From Candidatus Micrarchaeota archaeon (lineage in GTDB: Archaea; Micrarchaeota; Micrarchaeia; Norongarragalinales; Norongarragalinaceae), in the NCBI GenBank assembly GCA_037444485.1, contig JBBIMI010000004.1, forward strand, positions 1 to 46,850: a DNA stretch of 46,850 nucleotides, in the 5' to 3' direction. Under the pieces are notes generated by a model. It was not told the origin of the DNA. It searched no databases and saw nothing but the letters and a program-made list of their open reading frames with translations. Shown one piece after another: positions 8,148 to 17,956 of the stretch (the stretch's first letter is position 1; every line of letters starts with the position of its first letter). Made by a program: the position numbers and the translations under genes.

Positions 8148-10844
8148 TTAATCTTTCTTTTTCTTTCCGCGCACGAGCAAGTATGCTGACAACGCGAGCA
8201 GAATCAAGAGTAATGCGATTCCGCCCCACAATCCGTAGTCAAAACCACTTGCTGTAACCAAGCCTGTTCCAGCGCTTAAGGTAGGCGTCGGACTAGCTGT
8301 GATGGTGCCAGCAATCGTTGGAGCGACAGTCGGACTAGCTGTGATGGTGCCAGCAATCGTTGGAGCGACAGTCGGACTCGGACTCGCTCCACCAGTCGGA
8401 CTAACAGTCGGTGTCGTTGTTACAGTAAGCGTTGGAGTCGGGAGAGTTTCACCCCCGCCACCGCCGCCAGTCGTTCCACCGCCGATGGTTGTAAACGCGT
8501 AGTCAGCTGATTGCGCGCAGTTGCATTGCGCGTCGCAAGCATTAATTCGGTAGTGGTATTGCGTGCCTGAACTCAAGCCAGTCAACAAGACAGAGTGGCT
8601 GGTTGCGAAAGCCGCGTTAGTGAAAACGCTTCCGTAACTCGCGCTCGTCCCGTAATCGATTGACTCGTTAGTCGACTCGTCAGTGTTCCAACCAAGCAGT
8701 ACAGTGTTTTGCGTGACGTCAATCACGTGCACGTTCGAAATAATTGGAGGCGAGAGGTCGAGCGTTAACGTCATTGCTTGGCTTGCAGTCAATTGTGTTG
8801 TTGCACTCGCTTGAGCGCAGCCGTTCGTGACGCGCACGGTGTAAGGAGTGTTATTAGTAGAATTCGTTACAGTGTTATTGAACCCGGCTTCGTAATACTC
8901 TTGAAGCGTTTGGCGTGGAATGTTGCCGCTCGCGTCAGTCGCGCCTGAAAACACTGTGTTGCCGAAAGCGTCAGTAATCGTGACTTGCGCAGCGTTCACC
9001 GCGGACCCGTTCAAGTCTTGCACGTGAACGTCGAGGTACCAACTTACGGTAACGTTGCTTTCATTCAACGACATGAATTCGTTAGTCACACGATTTACTG
9101 GAGTGTTAATAAAGTAAATCGAGGAACTTCCGCCTGAAGACAAGTCTGGAGTTCCAGGCGTGGAAATAATTGTATTGTCAATAAAACGGTTTTCTTGCCC
9201 GCCCGACACGCGAGTAACCCCGTCAAACCACGATTGGTCGTAAATGAAGTTCACGATGTTCGCGTTCTTTGCGTAGAGAATGTAGCCGCCAGCCAACGCG
9301 TTGTTGCCAATCGTGTTGCCAGTAAACGTGTTGCGTTCAACCACGCAGTTTCCGTGCGTTGCAACAGGACACTGGTGCATTCCCAGAATTATTCCAGCGT
9401 ACTTGCTGCCAGTAATAGAATTATTGTTTACAACGTTGTCGTCGTTGTCTTGCGAGAACAAGATTCCATGCATGTTGCTGTCTGAAATCTGGTTGCCTGT
9501 AATCGTGGTGAAGTAAGCCCGCGTGAGCGTCAAGCCTGCTCTTGCAACGTTCTCGTGTATTGCCGACGCGTTTCTAATAACGTTATTCGATACAGTGCCG
9601 TAACCGCCACTAAACCAAACGCCGCTGCCTGCAGGGTTTTCAATAGTGTTAGCGTCAATCATCGAGTAATTACCGTAGAAAGTCTCGATTCCAGTTCCCT
9701 TTACGTCGTTAATCGTGTTCCCGCGAATCACGTTGTTGTTTTGGCTGATGCCGCCGCACGATGAAGCAGACGAATTCCAAACATTATAGTGGTGAGTGTT
9801 CGGAAAAGCGATGCCTTTCTCTGTGCCGGTAACAACGTTGTTCAACGCTTGCGTGTTGCTGGTGCAAACCATTTGAATGCCGCAAGCGTACTCGCAACCA
9901 ATGTCAAAGTAATCACACCAAAACTGGTTGTCAGCACACGTTTGCGAGTGGTTACTCCAAACTTTATTGTTTTCGATTACGGCGTCATTCGAATTCTGGA
10001 CGTAAATCTCGGCGCTGTGATTAACTGGCGTCGAGCCATTGAAACCGTTTTCGTAAACAGTGTTGCCGCGCACGATGTTGCCTGTAGAGTAAGAATCGGC
10101 CGGCCTCCACTCCCTGCATTGAAGCGGGTAACCCGGCCAGTTATACCACCAAGAACAGTTTATCTCGCTTCCAGCAACGCGGATACCGAATTTAAGGTTT
10201 CCAGTAACAGTGTTGTACTCAATCAACGTAGAATTAGAGTTGAATGATTCTATTCCACTACAAAAATGCGCGTCTACAGTGTTTCCTGAAACTTGCGAGT
10301 TAAGCGAGTCTTTCACTAGAATTCCATGCGAGTCAGACTGCGTGAAATTACAAGCTACCGGGTTAACGTCTGACAGATGCGTCAAAAGTTTGTTGACTTT
10401 AATAACAACGTTGTTTGCTCCATCAGAAATAATGCCGTTCCTAAAGTTGACGATAGTACAATTTTGCACTAACGCGTTATCGCCGTTAGAAGTAATCAAC
10501 ACTGCGGTAGCGTCACTCGACAAGCCAGGTCCATCAATATTGTAACTCCCGCACTCTAGAGTCACGTTAGAAGCGTTGATAGTCAAACAAACGCCTGCGC
10601 CCGCGCTTATGCTAGCGTTCAACTCGTAAACGTCAGAAACATTAAGCGTTTGACAAGAGTCAATGTAAGTCAACGCGGAAGCGAATCCCGCGAAAACCGC
10701 GAGCGCGAAAGCAAGAGCGAAAACTAGCGCAAACGCGTTTAAACCAAACGCGTTTAAACCCCTGCGCAGGAAACCAGTGCGTGAAAAACCCGTGCCCAAA
10801 AAACCAGTACACAGAAAACCAGTGCGTAAATCCACAGAATTCAT
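8148..10844 (-). CDS. Surface protein: right-handed parallel beta-helix (NosD/pectin-lyase-like) + fibronectin III domain + Pro/Thr linker + TM anchor
   Basis: Signal-like FALVFALAFALAVFAGFASA; many IxxNxI/GI beta-helix repeats; FN3-like LGWNTDE...LTGLSSGTQYHYRI; C-terminal TM helix and RGKKKKD tail. Confidence 0.85.
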   Translation of the reverse strand: MNSVDLRTGFLCTGFLGTGFSRTGFLRRGLNAFGLNAFALVFALAFALAVFAGFASALTYIDSCQTLNVSDVYELNASISAGAGVCLTINASNVTLECGSYNIDGPGLSSDATAVLITSNGDNALVQNCTIVNFRNGIISDGANNVVIKVNKLLTHLSDVNPVACNFTQSDSHGILVKDSLNSQVSGNTVDAHFCSGIESFNSNSTLIEYNTVTGNLKFGIRVAGSEINCSWWYNWPGYPLQCREWRPADSYSTGNIVRGNTVYENGFNGSTPVNHSAEIYVQNSNDAVIENNKVWSNHSQTCADNQFWCDYFDIGCEYACGIQMVCTSNTQALNNVVTGTEKGIAFPNTHHYNVWNSSASSCGGISQNNNVIRGNTINDVKGTGIETFYGNYSMIDANTIENPAGSGVWFSGGYGTVSNNVIRNASAIHENVARAGLTLTRAYFTTITGNQISDSNMHGILFSQDNDDNVVNNNSITGSKYAGIILGMHQCPVATHGNCVVERNTFTGNTIGNNALAGGYILYAKNANIVNFIYDQSWFDGVTRVSGGQENRFIDNTIISTPGTPDLSSGGSSSIYFINTPVNRVTNEFMSLNESNVTVSWYLDVHVQDLNGSAVNAAQVTITDAFGNTVFSGATDASGNIPRQTLQEYYEAGFNNTVTNSTNNTPYTVRVTNGCAQASATTQLTASQAMTLTLDLSPPIISNVHVIDVTQNTVLLGWNTDESTNESIDYGTSASYGSVFTNAAFATSHSVLLTGLSSGTQYHYRINACDAQCNCAQSADYAFTTIGGGTTGGGGGGETLPTPTLTVTTTPTVSPTGGASPSPTVAPTIAGTITASPTVAPTIAGTITASPTPTLSAGTGLVTASGFDYGLWGGIALLLILLALSAYLLVRGKKKKD
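8287..8378. repeat. 42-bp in-frame tandem repeat (2 copies plus a partial)
   Basis: Units 8287-8328 and 8329-8370 are identical and encode SPTVAPTIAGTITA. Confidence 0.95.
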
Positions 10845-11015
10845 TCCACCTAACCCCCACCCGACGAAGATTCTTGATTTTACTTTGTTTCAGTGGTTAT
10901 TTTTTGAAGAAAACGGTTTAAAAGGGTTTCTATAACGCAGAAGGCATTTTAAAACCTTACGAAAACATCGACCCCTACGCTCGAACATTAACCCCTACGC
11001 TCGAGCGGCAGTCGT

Positions 11016-11276
11016 TCACGCGCTTGCCGCGCTCGCGAGAATTTCTTGCAGCGTGAATCCGACGTACAAGTAAATCATTACTGCAGCAATAAAAACGCCG
11101 ACTGCGGTGCAAAACAACATTAAAAGTATTTTCGGCGTTTTCTCGTATTTCTCTGAAAGCCAGTCGTAGAAGAAACTCAACACGAAAACCAAGGGAAAAA
11201 TAATTATCGCTGTTGCGAGCGAGATGAGAGCCAAGAGCGGCAAGTCTTTAAGGAATGAAACAACGTCTAAAACCAT
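11016..11276 (-). CDS. Small membrane protein (2 TM, ~86 aa)
   Basis: From ATG 11276: MVLDVVSFLKDLPLLALISLA...; the upstream part of the tracked ORF overlaps the next gene and is repeat-derived. Confidence 0.65.
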   Translation of the reverse strand: MVLDVVSFLKDLPLLALISLATAIIIFPLVFVLSFFYDWLSEKYEKTPKILLMLFCTAVGVFIAAVMIYLYVGFTLQEILASAASA

Positions 11277-11333
11277 GCACGTTAATACGAAAAACACGTT
11301 TTTTAAGCACACGTTTTTTAAGCAAGCGTTTCC

Positions 11334-12938
11334 TTGAAAACAATCATGACGGTCACCGAATTCACGATTTCGGAAGCGCTGGCTGCCGTGGCGTATTACG
11401 CTTTTATCTTCGCAGGCAGCATTACTATGGGTTACTTGTTCCTGCGCTTGACGCATCCTGAAGTTCGCACGCTGCCGAAAAAACAAAAAACGCGTAACGC
11501 TTTTCTGGCAGGCGCTGGCTTTCTAGCTTTAACAATCGCGGTCGACGCGGTCATGAACGGTTTCGAGAACGTCGCGCGCGTCAACAGCTTCACGCCGCTG
11601 ATCGCGAGCCTCCTCGCCGGATTCACGTTCGTGTTATTCAACCTCGCAACCAACCTCAAAACGAGGCCGCTCGTCGTCGGAGTACGGATTCCAAAAAACC
11701 GCGAGCGCGTTGCGCGCGGGCTTGCTTACGTTGAAGAAGTAATAGTTAAACCCGTGAGTGCACCGCCTTTAGTGGCTAGAGAGTTAATCGAAAAAGTCGA
11801 AAAAGAAAAGCCGGCTGCAGGACCAATGAAGACAGAAAAAACAGAGAAAAGCGTTCACGAAAAACTCGAAGAACTAAAACGCGCTGGAGTGATTCGCGTT
11901 GAAAAGCCGGCAGTCGAAAAGCCGGCGCTAGAAAAACCAGTAATCGAAAAACCACCAGTAATCGAAAAACTAGGAGAGGAAAAACCATTACTTGCACCTG
12001 CAACTCTCGCACCCGCAACTCAGGCACCAACAAAGCCAACAGCTGCGCCGACAACCACGCTCCAAGTAAAAAAACCCGGGTTTTTCGCTCGCTTGTTCGG
12101 CGGCAAACCGAAAACGAAACCCAAAACGCTTGCAACAACACCGCCCGCAACACCCGCAAAAAAAGAAGAAACCGAAATAGAAGTCATCATTAAAGAACTA
12201 GGCTTAGTTCAAGAAAAGCCTGCAGTGGCACGCGCTGCACGCGCTGCGACTACTGCGCCGGCTGCGGCTGCCGCAAAACAAACCGCGCCGCCAAGCGGCG
12301 AGAGGCACAGGCTTTACTTGCACGCGAAGGAAGCTGCTGAAAAACAAAAAACAGGAGGAGTTTCCGATCAAAAAGAACGCGAGGAAGTAAGCGCGTTCGT
12401 TAAAGACGTTTACGCGCAGTTGAAGGCAGAACAAAAACCTGAAGGACTACGCGAAAAAGTCGGCGTGCGCCAACCAAAGAAGGAATTAAGGGAACGCGCA
12501 CGCGAAGCGCGGGAAGCCAAGGCAGCTGAAGAAAAACCATTGTCTTTAGCCGACTTACTCGGAACAGAAAAGCCGACTGAAGCGCCGACTCCAGCGGGTG
12601 CGGGAGCGCCTGCAAGCGGATTGTTTGCGGAACTAGAAGCGCTTGCTGGCGGGAAAAAGGAAGAAAAGAAAGAAGAAGCTAAAGCCGGAAAAAAAGATAA
12701 AGAAACCGAATTAGTGTTCGTGAAAATGCAGGCGCCCGGCGTTGGTTGTCCCACATGCCATACGAAGAACACTAAAATCATTTTCTGTCCTTACTGTGGA
12801 ACCGGCTTGTGCGCCAACTGCGCGACTTCAATCAAAACAACTCCTGAAGCGTTTATCTACACGTGCCCCAAATGCGGCGAAGAAATCACGGTAAAGCGAA
12901 AGGCAGTCGCTGCAGCAACCGCGTTCAGACTCGGTTGA
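11334..12938 (+). CDS. Membrane protein: 3 N-terminal TM helices, long Lys/Glu/Pro/Ala disordered region, C-terminal 8-Cys double zinc finger
   Basis: Hydrophobic N-terminus, EKP repeats, CPTC-x9-CPYC-x4-CANC-x14-CPKC. Start may be ATG 11346. Confidence 0.8.
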   Translation: MKTIMTVTEFTISEALAAVAYYAFIFAGSITMGYLFLRLTHPEVRTLPKKQKTRNAFLAGAGFLALTIAVDAVMNGFENVARVNSFTPLIASLLAGFTFVLFNLATNLKTRPLVVGVRIPKNRERVARGLAYVEEVIVKPVSAPPLVARELIEKVEKEKPAAGPMKTEKTEKSVHEKLEELKRAGVIRVEKPAVEKPALEKPVIEKPPVIEKLGEEKPLLAPATLAPATQAPTKPTAAPTTTLQVKKPGFFARLFGGKPKTKPKTLATTPPATPAKKEETEIEVIIKELGLVQEKPAVARAARAATTAPAAAAAKQTAPPSGERHRLYLHAKEAAEKQKTGGVSDQKEREEVSAFVKDVYAQLKAEQKPEGLREKVGVRQPKKELRERAREAREAKAAEEKPLSLADLLGTEKPTEAPTPAGAGAPASGLFAELEALAGGKKEEKKEEAKAGKKDKETELVFVKMQAPGVGCPTCHTKNTKIIFCPYCGTGLCANCATSIKTTPEAFIYTCPKCGEEITVKRKAVAAATAFRLG

Positions 12939-12977
12939 AACAACCCTCTTTAAAAAAAAATTTAAACGAATACGGAT

Positions 12978-13253
12978 TTAAACGAATATGAATAGAATCA
13001 GCGCGAGTAGTATTATGAATAACACTGCCGCGATTACTGTACTGAAGTAAGCGAGCACTGCTAGCAAGAGTGGAAGCAAGAGGAAAACCCATTCAGGAGT
13101 GTTAAAGTAAAGCGCGAGTTTTGGAACAGCTAAAAGCCCGTATAAAGAGCCTAGAAAAAACAACACCATCAACAACGCGACGAACCTGCGCAGCGTCGTA
13201 GTCAAACCCTTCCACAATCCATGCAGAAAGTCTTCAAACCAACCCAACAACAA
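12978..13253 (-). CDS. Small membrane protein (3 TM)
   Basis: Hydrophobic 91-aa ORF with a GGAG RBS upstream of TTG. Confidence 0.65.
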   Translation of the reverse strand: MLLGWFEDFLHGLWKGLTTTLRRFVALLMVLFFLGSLYGLLAVPKLALYFNTPEWVFLLLPLLLAVLAYFSTVIAAVLFIILLALILFIFV

Positions 13254-13380
13254 TCAACTCCACAACAATCAACCACACGATAATCAACCACATGGCAAAC
13301 AACCACACAAACAAAACAACAAACCTGCGCCAACAACAAACAAAACAACAATCAACCACACAAACCCAACACAATCAACT
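13251..13380. repeat. Degenerate CAA-rich repeat (caatcaaccaca-like units)
   Basis: About five degenerate caatcaac(c/t) units plus acaaacaaaacaac twice. Confidence 0.8.
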
Positions 13381-13589
13381 TTGATTTAAAAAAGCAGAAT
13401 GAATTCAACCATTATTTTTATTTAATATTTAATAAAATGAATATTAACTTAATCAAAATAAATTCAATAAAATCGATTTAATCAAAATCGATTAAAAGCC
13501 AAGATTTAACCAAGATTTAATTAAACCAGCGGATTAAAAATACTTTCTCCTTAAAAAACAAAAGCGAAAAAGAAGGTTAAAGAAAAAAA

Positions 13590-14579
13590 ATGCCTGAAAT
13601 ACGCGACGTTGTCGACGTTGTAATAATAGGCGCTGGCGCTGCTGGCTTAAGCGCCGCCATTTACGCGACGCGCAAGAAACTCTCGACGCTAATAGTTTCG
13701 CTTGACGTCGGCGGGCAAACTAACCTCACTAACAGAATAGAAAACTATCCAGGCGTGCTGCCGCAGCCAGGACACGAACTAATGAAAACCATGCTCGCGC
13801 AAGCTGAAGGTTTTGGCGCCGAGCTGGTTCAAGGAAAAGCTGTCCGCATTCAAGAGAAAACCAGTGACGTTAATGGCAAGAAAACGTTTGCCGTCACGTT
13901 GGCGGATGGGAGAGAAATCAATTGTCGCGCGGTGATAATCGCTTCAGGTAAAGTGCCGCGAACGCTCGGCGTGCCCGGCGAAGAAAATTTTTTCGGGAAA
14001 GGCATTTCCACTTGCGTCACTTGCGACGCGCCGTTGTTCGCGAAGAAAACCGTTGCTGTTGTGGGCGGCGGAAACAGCGCTTTCGAAGGCGTTCTGGAAC
14101 TCGCGAAAATCGGTGCTGCTAAAATCTATTTGATTGTGCGCGAGAACAAGTTTGTCGCCGACGAACTCACGGTCGAGAAAGTCAAGACGCTTGCTAACCA
14201 AAAACCAGGTTTGATTGAAATACTCGTTGAAACCGTTGTTAAGGAATTTAAGGGAAGCAAGTTCCTCGAAAAAATCGTTGTTGAAAACACTGCGAACAAG
14301 CAAACGCGAGAGATTCCATTAAACGGTGTTTTTCTTGAAATAGGTTACGTCGTCGACTCCAGCTTGTTTAAAAACTTCGTGAAAACAAACGAAAAAAACG
14401 AAGTGGTGGTCGACGAACGCTGCCGCACGAGCCGCGAAGGCGTTTTCGCTGCCGGCGACGTGACTACGATTCCCTTCAAGCAAACGATTACTTCTGCAGG
14501 CGAAGGCGTGAAAGCAGCGCTGCAGTGCCACAGGTGGCTTTCAGGAATCAAGGGCGAAGGCGCTGCAATAGAGTGGTAA
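13590..14579 (+). CDS. trxB: Thioredoxin reductase
   Basis: IIGAGAAG FAD motif, GISTCVTCD redox CxxC, VVGGGNSA, GVFAAGD. Confidence 0.93.
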   Translation: MPEIRDVVDVVIIGAGAAGLSAAIYATRKKLSTLIVSLDVGGQTNLTNRIENYPGVLPQPGHELMKTMLAQAEGFGAELVQGKAVRIQEKTSDVNGKKTFAVTLADGREINCRAVIIASGKVPRTLGVPGEENFFGKGISTCVTCDAPLFAKKTVAVVGGGNSAFEGVLELAKIGAAKIYLIVRENKFVADELTVEKVKTLANQKPGLIEILVETVVKEFKGSKFLEKIVVENTANKQTREIPLNGVFLEIGYVVDSSLFKNFVKTNEKNEVVVDERCRTSREGVFAAGDVTTIPFKQTITSAGEGVKAALQCHRWLSGIKGEGAAIEW

Positions 14580-14640
14580 CGCGCTTTCACTCGCTTTCTT
14601 TCATTCACTCACTTTCATCGTTTCTTTTCCATCCTTTCAT

Positions 14641-15420
14641 TCACTCGCTTTCTTCGTTCACTCGCTTTTTTCCGGTAACGCGCGCCAGCGCTTGCTCGAA
14701 ACTCTTTTCCACTCCCAAGCGCTTGAAGAAAGACAAAATGTTGAAAACGTCTCTTTCAAGAAACTCTCGCGCGTGCGGGTGCTTGACGCTCACGCCCTGC
14801 GCCCAGTCAAACAAGAACGGCTTGCCCTCGTGCATTATTATGTTGAAGGAACTCAAATCCGCGTGCACTACGCCGGCTTCGTAAGCCTTCTTCACGTCGC
14901 CTAAAATCTCGTCCAACAACTCTTCCGGGTTTTCGACGACAACGTCTTCAAGCAACGCGCTCGACACGCCGCCAACGCCAAGAAAACGCATTACTACAAC
15001 GTTTTCCTTGCACGCGATTGGTTCAGGCACGCGCACGCCGGCGTCGAACGCTGCACGCAAGTTCGCGAATTCTTTTTTTGCCCACAAGTGCACGAAAGCG
15101 CGTATTCCCCGCTTGGCTTCATCGAGCTTGAACCGCGGGTCGCCCTCGACGTACTTCACGCTGTGCTTGAACGCTGAAGTCTCGTACTTGAATATCTTCA
15201 CGGCCAAATGCCCGCCGCCGCGCGTAGTCGCGCGGAAGACGACTGCCTCTTTACCGCTCGCAATCGGGTAATCCAGGCTTTTAAAGACGCCTGCGTTGAT
15301 GAAGTTTACGAGCACCGCAATCGTGCGGTCGTCGAAAACCTTGTGCGCGATTTTCGACACTTCCCTTAACGGCTTTTTTTCGCGCGGAGGCCGCTTGCGT
15401 TTCCACAACTTCATTGACAC
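14641..15420 (-). CDS. rio1: RIO1-family serine/threonine kinase
   Basis: IASGKEAVVF, AVKIFK, WAKKEFANL, VPEP, VHADLSSFNI, DWAQGV. Confidence 0.92.
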   Translation of the reverse strand: MSMKLWKRKRPPREKKPLREVSKIAHKVFDDRTIAVLVNFINAGVFKSLDYPIASGKEAVVFRATTRGGGHLAVKIFKYETSAFKHSVKYVEGDPRFKLDEAKRGIRAFVHLWAKKEFANLRAAFDAGVRVPEPIACKENVVVMRFLGVGGVSSALLEDVVVENPEELLDEILGDVKKAYEAGVVHADLSSFNIIMHEGKPFLFDWAQGVSVKHPHAREFLERDVFNILSFFKRLGVEKSFEQALARVTGKKRVNEESE

Positions 15421-15511
15421 GCTAGAACACCTTTTTCTTGAAAAACTTTAAAGAGTTTGCGGGCGATGCAAACAATAAATTGCGGCAGTAAACAAAACAG
15501 TAAACACAAAA

Positions 15512-15636
15512 TATAAAACAATAAAAACAATAAATAAACCAGTGCAAAACAATAAAGTAAACACAAAATAGATGCTATAAAACAATAAATATATAAAACA
15601 ATAAAAACAATAAATAAACCAGTGCAAAACAATAAA
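15512..15636. repeat. Two identical 45-bp A-rich blocks (80-bp period)
   Basis: tataaaacaataaaaacaataaataaaccagtgcaaaacaataaa at 15512-15556 and 15592-15636. Confidence 0.9.
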
Positions 15637-15668
15637 TAAAACGGCGTTTAAGTTTTAATTAAGCTTGG

Positions 15669-16439
15669 TTAAACCCTTAAACTCGCGCGAGTTGCGAGTT
15701 TCTTGAACTCTAACGCGTTTTCGTAACAGTAAACGTTGTTGAAGAAAACCCACGCGCCAACGCATTTTTTCTTTAAACCAACGATTTTCTTCCTCAAATT
15801 CAACAACTCTTTAATCGAAAAACGGTAGTTGTACACCGAAGTTTTTCCGAAGCCGTGCACGCGAAAATAAGCTGTCTTGCTTTCACCGAAGTACTGCGGT
15901 TCATTGCGGAACGGGTCCACGCAATTAATTAAATCGAATTCCTCGCACTTTTTTTTGATTAAGTCAGGAGTTTTCCACCATTCGCCACGCGGCTCCCACG
16001 CCAACGCGACGCCCGCGTCTTCACGGTCGCGCGCAGTTTTCTTGAAGAAGCCACGCATGCGCGCAATGTTCTCGCTGGACGGCTTGAAGCCAGCCGGCGA
16101 TTGAAGCAAGAGCACGGGCGATTCAAGCGCGTTGCAAACGCCGAGCATTCGGCGAAACACCCAAACGCTGCGCTCGCCGAACGCTTGCGGCGCGTGCGTC
16201 ACGAGTTGCGAACACTTGACGGTGAAAACGAATTCAGGATTCACTGCGCGGGCTTCCTCCAACCATTTCGCTGCAGTGGTTTTCTTCGGAATCTTGTAGA
16301 AACTAGAATTCACTTCAACGCAGTCGAACTTGCGCGCGTAAGCCGCGAGCACGCTTGAAAACTTTTTCTTCCACGCTCCACCAAAGTAGTCGACTGGCTG
16401 AAAGTAATTCCAACCACAGTTACCCACACGCACGAACAA
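15669..16439 (-). CDS. DUF72 (UPF0759) TIM-barrel protein
   Basis: VGNCGW, YARKFDCVEVNSSFY, FTVK, LLQSPAGF, WEPRG, YFRVHG, VFFNN; TTG at 16439 behind a GGGGGG RBS. Confidence 0.88.
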   Translation of the reverse strand: MFVRVGNCGWNYFQPVDYFGGAWKKKFSSVLAAYARKFDCVEVNSSFYKIPKKTTAAKWLEEARAVNPEFVFTVKCSQLVTHAPQAFGERSVWVFRRMLGVCNALESPVLLLQSPAGFKPSSENIARMRGFFKKTARDREDAGVALAWEPRGEWWKTPDLIKKKCEEFDLINCVDPFRNEPQYFGESKTAYFRVHGFGKTSVYNYRFSIKELLNLRKKIVGLKKKCVGAWVFFNNVYCYENALEFKKLATRASLRV

Positions 16440-16575
16440 CGCAATCCCCCCGCCTTTAGAGAAAAAGGAATTCTTTCTTAAAAACCCCGTCGAATTTGAA
16501 TTACGCACTTCACTAGACTTCACTGGCAGGCAGGTCAACGCAAGTTTTTAAGCCACCGTCAAGCGAATTCTATTC

Positions 16576-17676
16576 ATGCAAAAAATGCGGAAAACCGGAG
16601 TCGCGAACCTGCCGCTGCATTCCGGCAGCTGTCCGCCTTGGCTTTTTCCGCGGATGAAAGCGCTTGGCGCCGAAATCACGCAAGCGATTGTTTTCGAGCA
16701 CGGCGAACGCGAGTTCCTGCGCAGGATTTCGAATCCGTTCTTCTTCCAATCGCTCGGCTGCCTGCTCGCATTCGACTGGCACTCAAGCGGCTTGACTACA
16801 ACCGTGTGCGGCGCGCTGAAAGAAGGACTGCGCGAAAGCGATTCCAGCGTGCGCGTGCTCGGCGGAAAAGGCAAAACATCGCGCAAGACACCCACTGAAA
16901 TCGAGGAACTCGGCGAACGCTTTCCTTTTTCAACAAAAAAAATTTTGGAGTTAAAGAAAGCAAGCAGGTTGAGCGCGAAGGTAGACAACGCGGCGGTGCA
17001 AGACGGCTACCAATTATACCACCACTCGTTTTTCGTTTCGGAAAAAGGCGATTGGGCTGTAGTACAACAAGGAATGAATGTTGAAACGCGTTACGCGCGG
17101 CGCTACCACTGGCTCGGCGAAAGCATCGCGAGCCGCATCGCGAGCTTTACGAACGAACCGCATTCAGCGGTGTGCAGCGACGAACGCGGAAGCGCGGTGC
17201 TGAACATGGTCGCGCGGGAGAGCGAGCAAGCGCGGCGCGCGAGCGTCGACCTCGCTAAGGAAAAAAACTTCGCGCGGCGCTTCGCGGCGCAGAAAACGCT
17301 TTACGATTACGAATTCGGCGAGCTGCGCATGGGCGTGAGGCACTCGATTGACTTGAAGGACTACCGCGGGCTTGAAAACGCCTACGAGTTCCAGCCCCGC
17401 AACTACGAAGAACTACTTCTCGTCAAGGGAATGGGACCAAAGACGATTCGAGCCCTCGCGCTCGTGAGCGAACTAATTTACGGAGCGAAGCTGAGCTGGC
17501 GTGACCCCGCACGGTACGCATTCGCCCACGGCGGCAAGGACGGTTATCCCTTTTTCACAGAACGCAAGTTGATGGCCGAGTCGACGAGAATTCTCGAGAA
17601 TGCAGTCGAACAAGCGAGAATCGGGCGAGGCGAAAAGCTTGCCGCAATTCGGCGGTTGAAGGAATTCCTTGCTTGA
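16576..17676 (+). CDS. DUF763 family protein
   Basis: GVANLPLHSG, FDWHSSGLTT, GGKGKTSRKTP, AKVDNAAVQDGYQLYHH, FAHGGKDG. Confidence 0.88.
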   Translation: MQKMRKTGVANLPLHSGSCPPWLFPRMKALGAEITQAIVFEHGEREFLRRISNPFFFQSLGCLLAFDWHSSGLTTTVCGALKEGLRESDSSVRVLGGKGKTSRKTPTEIEELGERFPFSTKKILELKKASRLSAKVDNAAVQDGYQLYHHSFFVSEKGDWAVVQQGMNVETRYARRYHWLGESIASRIASFTNEPHSAVCSDERGSAVLNMVARESEQARRASVDLAKEKNFARRFAAQKTLYDYEFGELRMGVRHSIDLKDYRGLENAYEFQPRNYEELLLVKGMGPKTIRALALVSELIYGAKLSWRDPARYAFAHGGKDGYPFFTERKLMAESTRILENAVEQARIGRGEKLAAIRRLKEFLA

Positions 17677-17738
17677 CGCCAACGGAAAGAATATATATGA
17701 GTTATGAAGTATTACTTATGCAGTATGAGGTGATTGGG

Positions 17739-17945
17739 TTGGGTTTGATTAGGACGACTATAACGCTTGACGAAGCTATCGCGGCAAAAGTCAAGCAATT
17801 GTTTGAAGGAAACCTTTCTAAAGGAGTAAACGCGTTGTTGTTCGAACACTTGTTTAAAGAAAAGAAGAAAAGCGCGTTCGGCATCCTTGAGGGAAAGAAT
17901 TACTTGAAGGATTTAGAGAAACTCGAAAAGGAAGAAAAGTATTGA
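17739..17945 (+). CDS. vapB: Type II antitoxin (VapB-like, ribbon-helix-helix/CopG-like N-terminus)
   Basis: GAGGTGA RBS then TTG; RTTITLDE N-terminus; SAFGIL C-terminal motif; directly upstream of a PIN gene. Confidence 0.7.
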   Translation: MGLIRTTITLDEAIAAKVKQLFEGNLSKGVNALLFEHLFKEKKKSAFGILEGKNYLKDLEKLEKEEKY

Positions 17946-17956
17946 GGTGAACGGAA

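Noticed and set aside
13381-13560. Replication origin in the AT-rich divergent gap
   Set aside because: No ORB-like G-string boxes and no orc1/cdc6 nearby; explained as promoters plus local duplications.
15512-15636. Mini-CRISPR (two 45-bp repeats with a 35-bp gap)
   Set aside because: Low-complexity A-rich units; the gap itself reuses the same motifs; only two copies.
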